DNA of 32,000 nt from an uncultured Polyangiaceae bacterium (GTDB lineage: Bacteria; Myxococcota_A; Polyangia; Polyangiales; Polyangiaceae). The first letter of the stretch is position 1. Each line of letters starts with the position of its first letter. Of this stretch, positions 18,431 through 25,912 are shown piece after piece. The notes below the pieces were generated by a model. The model made no database searches, was not told where the DNA came from, and saw nothing but the letters and a program-made list of their open reading frames with translations. The DNA is taken from positions 157,476 through 189,475 of the forward strand of contig CAZHED010000005.1 in NCBI GenBank assembly GCA_964531095.1. The letters run 5' to 3'. The position numbers were made by a program, and so were the translations under genes.

Positions 18431-19072
18431 ATGGCTCGCTGGGAACCCAACGCTCTCGAGCGGCTGCGCGCCGCGGCCCTCGAGCTCTTTGAAGAGCGGG
18501 GCTACGATCGCACGACCGTCGGCGATATCGCCGCCCGCGCCGACCTCACCGAGCGCACCTTCTTCCGCTACTTCACGGACAAGCGCGAGGTCTTGTTCTC
18601 GGGCAGCGAGGAGCTCGAGAAGCTGATCGTGTCCGGCGTGGCGAGCGCTCCCAGGACGATGTCGCCGCTCGAGGTCGTCGTGGAGGCGCTCGCGGCCTCG
18701 TCGCCCGTGTTCGAGGCCCGCCGCACGCACGCCCGCAAGCGGCAGGCGCTCATCGCCGCGCACGCCGAGCTGCGCGAGCGCGAGCTGATCAAGTCCACCA
18801 AGCTCGCCGCGGCCCTGCTCGCCAGCCTGCGCGAGCGAAGCGTGCCCCAGGCCACGGCCGCGCTGCTCGCCCAGACGGGCACGACGCTCTTCCACCACGC
18901 GTTCGAGCGCTGGATCGAGGACAGCAAGAAGCGCGACCTCGCCCACCACCTGCAGGATGCGCTCACCGAGCTCCGATTGCTCACGGCGGAGACGGGGACC
19001 GGCAAGCGCCGCGGCAAGACTTCGTCGAAGGGTGGTGCGAAGTCATCTGATCGACGACGTCGCGATTCGTAG
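18431..19072 (+). CDS. TetR-family transcriptional regulator
   Basis: LRAAALELFEERGYDRTTVGDIAARADLTERTFFRYFTDKREV is a TetR_N HTH. Start set at ATG 18431; the ORF opens at 18386. Confidence 0.85.
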   Translation: MARWEPNALERLRAAALELFEERGYDRTTVGDIAARADLTERTFFRYFTDKREVLFSGSEELEKLIVSGVASAPRTMSPLEVVVEALAASSPVFEARRTHARKRQALIAAHAELRERELIKSTKLAAALLASLRERSVPQATAALLAQTGTTLFHHAFERWIEDSKKRDLAHHLQDALTELRLLTAETGTGKRRGKTSSKGGAKSSDRRRRDS

Positions 19073-19435
19073 AGCGTCGGCGCAACGGGCTGTCGCGAGC
19101 TCCGATGCTTCCGCCCAACCCGAGTAGCACGGGCACGAAGCTCCTTGGCCCACGTCGCGGCATCGGTGGCCCGATAGCCGGCGGCTCTTCCGACGGCCTG
19201 CGTGAGAACGTCGGCGATCTCCGCGTGGCTCCGGTGCTCGACACCAGGAAAGTAGGCTATGGCACTCGGGAAGCGTAGACCGCGACGAGGTCGAACGCGG
19301 ATGCCCGCTCAATCCAACCGGGAACGGGTCCCTGCGCCGAGCTCCGCCCTTCGACGCGGAGCCTCACTACGCGCTGAACGGCCTCGACGAGGGCGCTGCC
19401 GTCCGTGGACGCCGTCACCCCGGCGTCGCGAGCGA

Positions 19436-20335
19436 CTACGGGTCTTTCTGCCTTGCGCCCGGGTCGAGCTCCCGGGCAAGAAGCTCCGAGACTGCCCGAA
19501 CGCGCGGGATCGAGAGGGAGCTCCTCGCGCAAACCAGGTGCAGCGACGACGTGAGCTTTCCCATATCGAGGCGCAGCGCAAGAAGGGGGGTGGGAAGCGC
19601 GAGCCGGCTGCGGAAGCGGCCGAGGATGATCGCGCCGACACCCGCCTCCGCGGCTCGAAGCTGCACGAGGAAGTCGTCGGACGCGAAGACCGGCCGAAAC
19701 CCCGGGATCCGTGCCGCGAGCTGGGGATGCGGGGGCACATGCTCGAAGGGCGGAGCCCAGCTGATCCAACCGACGTCCGCGATGCCGAATCCGCGCGGTA
19801 GCCGGGCGGCATACTCGCGCGTCGCATAGGCGGCGACCCCGTGCTCGACGCTCGCGACCGTCACCAGGTCGCGCTGCGCCGGGCGGTCCAACGGCTGCAC
19901 GCGGATGCCCAAGTCCGCCTCGCGCTTCGCCAGGTCGAGGTAGCTGACCGTGGAGAGCACCTCGAGCCGAATGTCGGGCAGACGCTCGCGCGCGAGGGCT
20001 GCGAAGGGAGCGACCAGGTCGAACGCAACTCCAGGCGGCGCGGTCAAACGCACGACGCCGCGCGGCTTCGTGTCCGCGCCCGACGCGGCCAGATCGACGT
20101 CGCGCGCCGACTCGGCCATCCGCCGCGCAGGCTCGACCATCCTCTCGCCGAAGCTCGTGAGCGTCGTCCCGTCGACCGTGCGCCTGAACAGCGGCTCGCC
20201 CAGCTCGGCCTCGAGCTCGGCGAGGCGACGGCTCATCGTGGGCTGCGTGACCCGAAGCACCTTCGCCGCACCGCTGAGGCTCCCCGCGTCCGCGACGGCA
20301 AGAATCAGCTCGATGTCGCTCCAAGATACATGCAT
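19436..20335 (-). CDS. LysR-family transcriptional regulator
   Basis: ELILAVADAGSLSGAAKVLRVTQPTMSRRLAELEAELGEPLFRR is the HTH; a LysR substrate-binding domain follows. 299 aa. Confidence 0.9.
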   Translation of the reverse strand: MHVSWSDIELILAVADAGSLSGAAKVLRVTQPTMSRRLAELEAELGEPLFRRTVDGTTLTSFGERMVEPARRMAESARDVDLAASGADTKPRGVVRLTAPPGVAFDLVAPFAALARERLPDIRLEVLSTVSYLDLAKREADLGIRVQPLDRPAQRDLVTVASVEHGVAAYATREYAARLPRGFGIADVGWISWAPPFEHVPPHPQLAARIPGFRPVFASDDFLVQLRAAEAGVGAIILGRFRSRLALPTPLLALRLDMGKLTSSLHLVCARSSLSIPRVRAVSELLARELDPGARQKDP

Positions 20336-20338
20336 ATG

Positions 20339-20354
20339 CGTATGGTACCATGCG
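20339..20354. promoter_or_regulatory. palindrome in the LysR/MBL divergent region (candidate LTTR site)
   Basis: CGTATGGTACCATGCG pairs at 14 of 16 positions, with a perfect ATGGTACCAT core. It lies 4 nt from the LysR start codon and is flanked by direct ATGCGT repeats. Confidence 0.3.
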
Positions 20355-20400
20355 TCTTTTGGCAGTTATCATGCGCCCGCGCAGAGCCCAAAGTGGCCGC

Positions 20401-21363
20401 ATGAACGCCTTCCAACTCCTCTCCGGTCTCGCCATCCCATCGATCCTCGCCCTCGTCGGCTGCGCTTCGACCAGCCATGCCACCGCCACCGCCTCCCTGG
20501 GCGTTGCCCGGTCCGCCTCCCAGCTGGAGGCGGTCGTCGACCAGCCGGGCCCGCTCACCGTCGACACGATCGAAGCCGCCGAGTGGGAGGTTCCTCTGAG
20601 CGGTCTGCTCAACCTGGACCACCCGGCGGCCAAAGCGGCGCATCTGGTCGACCGAAGCGAGCCAATCGCTCTCTTCGTCCACGTCCTTCACCACCCGGGG
20701 CGGGGGATGTTCCTCGTCGACACCGGCGTCGAGCACCTGTTCGTCACGGATCCGAGCCATGCCTTGATCAGGGGCATTGCAGGGAGCTTTGCGCATGTCG
20801 ACAAGCTGAAGGTGCATGTCGACACCGCCGCGATTGTCGAGCGAGAGAGAGAGCCCGTGCAGGGCGTGTTTTTGACGCACTTGCACCTCGATCATGTCCT
20901 CGGGATGCGTGACGTACCCGCGACCGCGCCCGTATACGTGGGCGCCGGCGACGCGGACGTCCATTCGCTGATGAACGTCTTCGAGAAGGGGATCTACGAT
21001 CAGGCCCTCGAAGGCAAGGGGCCGCTGCGCGAGGTGCGCTTCGAGCCCGATCCCGACGGCGTATTCGACGGCGTTCTCGACGTCTTCGGCGATGGCAGCC
21101 TCTGGGCGATCTGGGTCCCCGGGCACACGCCAGGAACGATCGCCTACTTGGCGCGGACGCCAACCGGCCCCGTGCTCCTGGTGGGCGACGCGTGCCATAC
21201 GGCGTGGGGTTGGGAGCACGATGTCGAGCCTGGATCCTTCTCCGCGGACCGTGCAAAAGGAGCGGAGAGTCTCGCGCGCCTCGAGCGTTTCGTCGCTCGC
21301 CACCCGAAAATCGACGTCCGTCTCGGTCACCAAGAATGGGCACGCACCTCCGCGGCCAAGTAG
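20401..21363 (+). CDS. MBL-fold metallo-hydrolase, lipoprotein
   Basis: Signal peptide and lipobox MNAFQLLSGLAIPSILALVGC. HxHxDH motif LTHLHLDHVLG, with GHTPG and GDACH later. Start set at ATG 20401; the ORF opens at 20350. Confidence 0.85.
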   Translation: MNAFQLLSGLAIPSILALVGCASTSHATATASLGVARSASQLEAVVDQPGPLTVDTIEAAEWEVPLSGLLNLDHPAAKAAHLVDRSEPIALFVHVLHHPGRGMFLVDTGVEHLFVTDPSHALIRGIAGSFAHVDKLKVHVDTAAIVEREREPVQGVFLTHLHLDHVLGMRDVPATAPVYVGAGDADVHSLMNVFEKGIYDQALEGKGPLREVRFEPDPDGVFDGVLDVFGDGSLWAIWVPGHTPGTIAYLARTPTGPVLLVGDACHTAWGWEHDVEPGSFSADRAKGAESLARLERFVARHPKIDVRLGHQEWARTSAAK

Positions 21364-21422
21364 TCCCGCCTTGCGATCCGCCCACGTGGCGAGAGGCCGG
21401 GTCCGGTTCGTACGACGACCCA

Positions 21423-22928
21423 CTACTTGCGCGAGTAGCGGTGCTTGACGCCGATTGGGAAATATTCGGAGTGCCCGGGCGGCCAGAGTGTCACGCGCGG
21501 ACGACGGCATTCGGCCGGGACATAGTTGGCAAACTCGCTGTTCAGCCGCAAGAGCGCTGCCACGATGGCGTCCGCCGCGATGTCTGCGAATGCCGGGGGC
21601 GGTACGCGCCCGGGCGCGAGCTCGATGGCAACGTGAAGTCGTCGATCGCGCCGCTCGTCCTCCTCCACTTCCATCACGAACTTACCCGTGACCCATCCGC
21701 GTGTTTCCGGCTGCTCGAGAGCGATGCCGACCATCTCCGGGAACACGTTGGCACCGTAATAGGACACAGCAAAATGCGAGCGCCCAAACACGTACACGAA
21801 GGGCAGCGGGCGCACGCCCCTGTCGCCTTGCGACCGGACCCGCGATTCAGCGTCGAAGCCGAAGTCTCGCAGGCGGTCGATCATCGCGGAGTACGGTATG
21901 ACGCCCCCCCCGTCGGAAATGTCGTAGCGGAGAAGAGGGATGCCGTTGTCTCCCGAAAAGACGAGCGAGCGCTCGTGCTGCTCGAAGTACCGGACCATCG
22001 GATCGTATTGAACCAGCGTGGGCAGGCGAGCCTCACCGAAGAGAGCACGCGCCGCATCGGGACGCGTCGACAAGAAGGCACGCGAGGCCACCGACAGGGG
22101 CGTCTCGTTGCCGAGGACCCCCGCGTCGGCAGTGCCATAGAGCGAAGCGGAGTCCCAAAGGGGGCGCCGCATGCCGATTCGCTCCGCCATGAGCGCGCGC
22201 CATTCTTCGCTGAACACCTCGCCCGCGAGCACGAGCTTCATCGCGTAGTCGCTCCACGGAACGCCCTCGGCGAGGCCCTCGTCGACGACATCCTTGAGAA
22301 ACGGCGGATACCCGAGCAAGACGGTTTGCTCGAACATCGGCGCAAGCTGACGCACGACACGCAGGACTTCGCCCTTGTTGTTTCCGGGCGTCGCGACCGT
22401 GATCGGGTATCCCTTGGCCGCCAAATGTCGGCAGCAGCTCGTCGTGAACATGCCTCCGACCCACGTCCCGAGGGGAAAGCAGACCACGGCCAGCGTGGTC
22501 CGCCGGTCGGCCTCGAAGCTGTCGTGAAACACCTGCTCGAAGCGAGCGGCGACCGCGTACTCGTCGGTCGCAAAGCGTGGCCAAAACGTCGGCTCGCCCG
22601 TCGAACCGGAGGAGACGGCGATCATGTCGCACGACGAGATGGTTCCGCCCCGGCAGAGGTCCGCTAGGGCAAACGGCTTGATGTAGTTTTCTTTGGTGAG
22701 GAGCGGCAGCGCCCGAAAGTCCGCCTCGGTGCGGACGGACCGCGGCTCGACGCCGCGCTCCCGCAAGAACGCGCCGTAGGCGGGGACGCTGCCGGCGACC
22801 TCGTGAAAGAGTCTCAGAACGTGCGCGGCCGGGTCCGCCCGTGCGTGATCGTCGAGGAGCTGCGAGATGGGCGTGTCGACGAACCGCTGGAAGGCGGGGA
22901 GAGCCGGTCCGCGTTGCCCGCTGCGCAT
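21423..22928 (-). CDS. PaaK-like adenylate-forming enzyme (phenylacetate-CoA ligase / F390-synthetase family)
   Basis: 501 aa. AVSSGSTGEPTFWPRF is the AMP-binding loop of the PaaK/CapK group. LLRYDISDGG and an ANL-type C-terminal domain are also present. Confidence 0.85.
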   Translation of the reverse strand: MRSGQRGPALPAFQRFVDTPISQLLDDHARADPAAHVLRLFHEVAGSVPAYGAFLRERGVEPRSVRTEADFRALPLLTKENYIKPFALADLCRGGTISSCDMIAVSSGSTGEPTFWPRFATDEYAVAARFEQVFHDSFEADRRTTLAVVCFPLGTWVGGMFTTSCCRHLAAKGYPITVATPGNNKGEVLRVVRQLAPMFEQTVLLGYPPFLKDVVDEGLAEGVPWSDYAMKLVLAGEVFSEEWRALMAERIGMRRPLWDSASLYGTADAGVLGNETPLSVASRAFLSTRPDAARALFGEARLPTLVQYDPMVRYFEQHERSLVFSGDNGIPLLRYDISDGGGVIPYSAMIDRLRDFGFDAESRVRSQGDRGVRPLPFVYVFGRSHFAVSYYGANVFPEMVGIALEQPETRGWVTGKFVMEVEEDERRDRRLHVAIELAPGRVPPPAFADIAADAIVAALLRLNSEFANYVPAECRRPRVTLWPPGHSEYFPIGVKHRYSRK

Positions 22929-22958
22929 GACGCAAGCTCGCGCGCAGAGACTCCGGGG

Positions 22959-23262
22959 TCAAGCCTGAAGGGGAGCGACCGCGACACACACGCTCGTTGC
23001 ATTCGAAGGTCGGTGAAGGAGAAGGGGAGCAATAACCGCCAGAGCCGCAGTCCGAGTCGACAGCGCAGTCGCTGCCGTCGGCGCACCAATTGTGTGCATT
23101 ATCATCACTCACGCTAGCGTCCTTCTGCACCGTGCCTCCGCACGCGCCGACCACGCCGGCAAGGATCGACAAAACCAACGGCCGATAAATCCTGTGCCAG
23201 GCCGCTGGCGCGCAAGACGCCACGCATTTCCGAACAGCCAATGTCGTTGAACCCACGTCCAC
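22959..23262 (-). CDS. small Cys-rich lipoprotein, 3' end unresolved
   Basis: This is the N-terminal part of ORF 22033..23262. It has the signal peptide and lipobox HRIYRPLVLSILAGVVGAC, then WCADGSDCAVDSDCGSGGYCSPSPSPTFECNERVC (6 Cys). As sequenced the frame has no stop and runs 0.9 kb out of frame through the ligase gene. The end is set at the TGA (22959-22961) that would be reached after a +2 or -1 shift. Confidence 0.45.
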
Positions 23263-23286
23263 TTGCGCCTTTCAACTGCACCGGTG

Positions 23287-23451
23287 TCATGGATGTGCCT
23301 CATAGGGTGACTCTTGGCAAGTCGGTGGGCTTCCGGTCATCCGTTTCACGATGCCCTCGGCGTACGAGACGGAGCGCGGGCACGCTCGTCGGTAAGGGGC
23401 GAACATGGTGGTCGAGCGACGGACGCTCTTGGTTGCTGTGGTCATGGTCAT
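23287..23451 (-). CDS. hypothetical 52-54 aa ORF
   Basis: MTMTTATKSVRRSTTMFAPYRRACPRSVSYAEGIVKRMTGSPPTCQESPYEAHP. It is not in the supplied track because it is under 60 aa. GGAG lies 7 nt before the second ATG (23445). It starts 27 nt after the upstream ORF stop and ends 24 nt before the lipoprotein start. Confidence 0.35.
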   Translation of the reverse strand: MTMTTATKSVRRSTTMFAPYRRACPRSVSYAEGIVKRMTGSPPTCQESPYEAHP

Positions 23452-23478
23452 TCTCCGTTTTCGGTTGTGCCAGGTTGG

Positions 23479-23691
23479 TCAGTCGTCTTTCGGTTTGTGG
23501 AATTCGGCGTGCTCTTGATGAAATGTCGACCATTGTTTCCAGAAAGCGGCTTCGTGAGTGTGAAATCCCTCTTCGAGTTTCGTGAAAGCCTCGCGTTCTC
23601 TTGCAAAGCCCTTCTTGTCTTCCGACAACGCGTCCTTCTTCTTGGTCGGAGCGCCACTTGCAGTCAGCGGCGAGGCTTGTATTGTCAGCAA
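23479..23691 (-). CDS. hypothetical 70-aa His/aromatic-rich protein
   Basis: TTG start preceded by GGAAGAG. Composition is natural and charged. The last 31 aa (EEGFHTHEAAFWKQWSTFHQEHAEFHKPKDD) hold 5 His, 4 Phe and 2 Trp. The opposite-strand frame here is Cys/Arg-rich junk. Local GC is about 45-53%. Confidence 0.45.
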   Translation of the reverse strand: MLTIQASPLTASGAPTKKKDALSEDKKGFAREREAFTKLEEGFHTHEAAFWKQWSTFHQEHAEFHKPKDD

Positions 23692-23862
23692 AGCCGCTCT
23701 TCCGTTGGTGAACGGTTCATTCTTTGTAAGCAGCTCGTCTTTGCTTGCTCGCAGAGCGTGCTTCGTCGTTTGCGACGTGTCGCTGATTGCCGGTGCCGAC
23801 TTGCTTGTCGTTCGATGAGCGTCTCTGCTCGTTGGATAAGCTCGTTTCTTGTTTGAAAAGCA

Positions 23863-24030
23863 CCATCGTTCGTCGGCGAAGCGTCGCTCGCAAAAGACAG
23901 CGCATCGCTTCTCGAAGACAACGCGTCGCTCCTCGAGATCGATGCACCACTCTTCGTAGACAACGAACGGGTTCTCATTGGCGGTGCGTCGCTCCCGAAA
24001 GACAACGGGTCGTTCTCGCTTGGGAGAGCG
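23863..24030. repeat. 21-bp tandem repeat, 8 units, degenerate
   Basis: Eight units run in exact 21-nt register with no indels:
- CCATCGTTCGTCGGCGAAGCG
- TCGCTCGCAAAAGACAGCGCA
- TCGCTTCTCGAAGACAACGCG
- TCGCTCCTCGAGATCGATGCA
- CCACTCTTCGTAGACAACGAA
- CGGGTTCTCATTGGCGGTGCG
- TCGCTCCCGAAAGACAACGGG
- TCGTTCTCGCTTGGGAGAGCG
By hand, unit 2 vs unit 3 matches at 14/21 and unit 3 vs unit 7 at 16/21. Confidence 0.75.
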
Positions 24031-24296
24031 GCGGTTGCTTCTCTCCGCGCTCGGCTCATCGAAGCACGCGCCGCTCTCGGGCCAATCGAAGCCGCTCCGG
24101 CTCGAATCCGGGTGACTCTTCGTCGAGCCAGAGCGGCTTTTGCGAAGCGCACTGACGCGCTCGAGGAGGACAGTGGAGCGACGCGAAGCGCCCTCGCTGC
24201 CCCCATCTACTTAAGCGCGCAAAGCGCGATTTCGTTTGACAAGCGAGGACGATTTTCCTTGGGCGCGGGCATCCCGGCGCGGCGATATGAGAAGGA

Positions 24297-24334
24297 GCGG
24301 TCAACGTCGCCCGTCCGCGCGATGGCATCCCTCC
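24297..24334 (+). repeat. 38-bp direct repeat, copy 1
   Basis: GCGGTCAACGTCGCCCGTCCGCGCGATGGCATCCCTCC matches 25913-25950 at 33 of 38 positions. The 3' 26 nt differ at one position. Confidence 0.85.
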
Positions 24335-24542
24335 GGGATGGCGCACGCAATCGAGGCCCACTCGCTCCCGTCACGACGCAGACGCTTTGGGATCCCGGCG
24401 GGGCACCGAGGTCGCCTCCATCTTCTATTCGCTGCTCGAGACGGCAAAGCTTCGCAACATCGACCCCGCGCGGTACCTACGCGAAGCAGCGCTTGCCGAT
24501 GCACGCGGTGAGAAAATGCTGCCCTGCGATCTCGCTCAGTAA
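24297..24542 (+). mobile_element. IS66-family transposase (TnpC) 3'-terminal relic, frameshifted
   Basis: 24402-24542 reads GTEVASIFYSLLETAKLRNIDPARYLREAALADARGEKMLPCDLAQ*, the conserved IS66 TnpC C-terminus (compare ...AAIYSLIETAKLNGLDPEAYL...). Just upstream, in another frame, LRDGARNRGPLAPVTTQTLWDPGG resembles ...DNNAAERALRPVALGRKNWLFAGS.... Weaker similarity may extend back to about 24030. No inverted repeat end was seen. Confidence 0.6.
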
Positions 24543-24578
24543 CAGGCGACCTGCTTGCGGCACTGCTATTCTCGCGGT

Positions 24579-25130
24579 GTGCAGTTCCGGGGTTGGTCAT
24601 CGACGCTGTTGCTGGCAGGCTGCGTCACAGCACCGAACCTTGTTTCCCACGGCATGGCTGCCGCGGTGCCCTCAGCGTCCCGCGCGCGGTCGATCGCACC
24701 GCCGTCAGCGAGCGCGCCCGCTCCCACGGAGGCCAACCGTGGTTCTCCTCCCCGGCACCGCGATATTCATGAGATTTGCGCGCAGAGCGCGGAGGTAGGG
24801 ATCGCTTGGTGCGAGACGATCGCCGCCGGCAACCCCAAAGACTGCCTCGAAATGTGCGTGGCCGAGTACCACTCGAGTCACCCTCCGGAGCATGCCGTTC
24901 CTCCTCGACCCATCGGCGTCCCAGCACCTGTAGCGCCATCCGCGTTTTCGCCACCGGACCCCTACTTTTTTGCCTTGGCCGACTGCATTCATCGCGCCCG
25001 CGAGGGCGATGCGCCGTCCGTGTGCCGCTTCTCCAGCCCACTCGATCAGATGGAATTCGGTCAGAAGCATTGCGACACGCGATGCGCGGAGCTCGCCGCC
25101 GCATCCCCTGCCGCCATCCCGATACGCTGA
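24579..25130 (+). CDS. hypothetical Cys-containing lipoprotein
   Basis: ORF 24555..25130 (TTG). The GTG at 24579 gives MQFRGWSSTLLLAGC, a signal peptide with lipobox. The mature part has 8 Cys and Pro/Ala-rich linkers, and third-position GC is reasonable. No family recognised. Confidence 0.5.
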   Translation: MQFRGWSSTLLLAGCVTAPNLVSHGMAAAVPSASRARSIAPPSASAPAPTEANRGSPPRHRDIHEICAQSAEVGIAWCETIAAGNPKDCLEMCVAEYHSSHPPEHAVPPRPIGVPAPVAPSAFSPPDPYFFALADCIHRAREGDAPSVCRFSSPLDQMEFGQKHCDTRCAELAAASPAAIPIR

Positions 25131-25364
25131 GGGGTCGACGTGCGTGCCACGGGCAGGCGCTCTCGCCGCGCCGACTGCCGACCGAGGAGTGAAGGCCTTC
25201 GTGGTCTCGTCCCGGCGGACGCGAGATGCGTTCCGACGCGAGCACAAGACCAGCGCCACGTCAGGACGGGCTAGCTCGAGACGTTACGAAAGGTCGAAGC
25301 CTGGTGGAGCCGACCGCTGGCAGTCGGCTACGGTGGGCGCATGCTTGAGAGCAAGGCGGAAGTC

Positions 25365-25787
25365 ATGAACGCACGATTTCGCGCAATCCGCGCTTGTCTT
25401 TTGGCCGCGTCGGTCTTCGCTGCGGGGTGTGAGTCGCCCGTCGTCAGTTACGTGGACGGTGGCGAAATTACAGGGACAATGTCGGGGACCAGTTGCGAAT
25501 GCGGCACCGCTCCGCGCACTTCTGTGTGCATCGGCACCGGCATCGATACTTCTACGTTTGGCCAAACCAAGTTCGGGATAGGAACAGTTTACGACGCCGG
25601 AACCTCTTATGTCTGTTTGTCGTGTGGCGGGGGATGTGAGGGCCCGTGCTTTCTTCCGTTTCAGTGTTCGTTGGACACGGCGACCGGCACGTCCACGGGA
25701 ACCGCCACGACGACGCAAACCTCGACCGGCACAAGCACTTCGACCGGAAGCGCGACCGCGACGGCAACTGAAACCGCCACGCGGTAG
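25365..25787 (+). CDS. hypothetical Cys-rich lipoprotein with Thr/Ser/Gly-rich C-terminal tail
   Basis: ORF 25341..25787. The ATG at 25365 gives MNARFRAIRACLLAASVFAAGC, a signal peptide with lipobox. The body is Cys-rich (SCECG...VCIG...VCLSCGGGCEGPCFLPFQC). The tail is TGTSTGTATTTQTSTGTSTSTGSATATATETATR. Confidence 0.6.
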   Translation: MNARFRAIRACLLAASVFAAGCESPVVSYVDGGEITGTMSGTSCECGTAPRTSVCIGTGIDTSTFGQTKFGIGTVYDAGTSYVCLSCGGGCEGPCFLPFQCSLDTATGTSTGTATTTQTSTGTSTSTGSATATATETATR

Positions 25788-25912
25788 ATTCGCGGAGACC
25801 TGGGTGGACCCGAGTTACCTTCTCAAAGGGCGGATGCCCCCGCTCGCAGCCGCAAGAAGGTCGCCTAAAACTCCGCTGAAGCCGCGCGCCGAAAACATCG
25901 ACCGGCCCTCGA

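Noticed and set aside
19100-19280. HTH/sigma region-4-like peptide (VEHRSHAEIADVLTQAVGRAAGY...AKELRAR) on the minus strand, in the 363-bp convergent gap after the TetR gene
   Set aside because: There is no start codon and the similarity is short and loose. It may be a gene fossil, but I cannot support that from sequence alone.
19257-21510. Long minus-strand ORFs (458 aa and 401 aa) spanning the LysR and MBL genes
   Set aside because: They cross the divergent intergenic region and are Arg/Pro/Gly-dominated. The LysR and MBL frames explain the sequence.
21192-22667. 491-aa plus-strand ORF overlapping the PaaK-like ligase
   Set aside because: It is a shadow ORF with no motifs. The minus-strand frame has the AMP-binding loop and family-typical C-terminus.
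23863-24030. CRISPR array
   Set aside because: The units are contiguous with no spacers, only 21 bp long and degenerate. There are no cas genes in the window.
23685-24206. 173-aa ATG-initiated minus ORF, and a 170-codon start-less open minus frame over the repeat and IS66 relic
   Set aside because: Phase-specific GC in the 173-aa frame would put the highest GC at codon position 2, which is atypical. The start-less frame is the codon-aligned antisense of the IS66-like plus frame, and its lack of ATG/GTG/TTG just mirrors the lack of His and CAA codons there. Neither has a recognisable domain. I kept only the terminal 70-aa ORF.
24112-24798. 228-aa plus ORF
   Set aside because: It is a chimera. 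It reads the IS66 relic in its upstream frame, then passes the true TnpC C-terminal frame and runs out of frame through the start of the lipoprotein gene.
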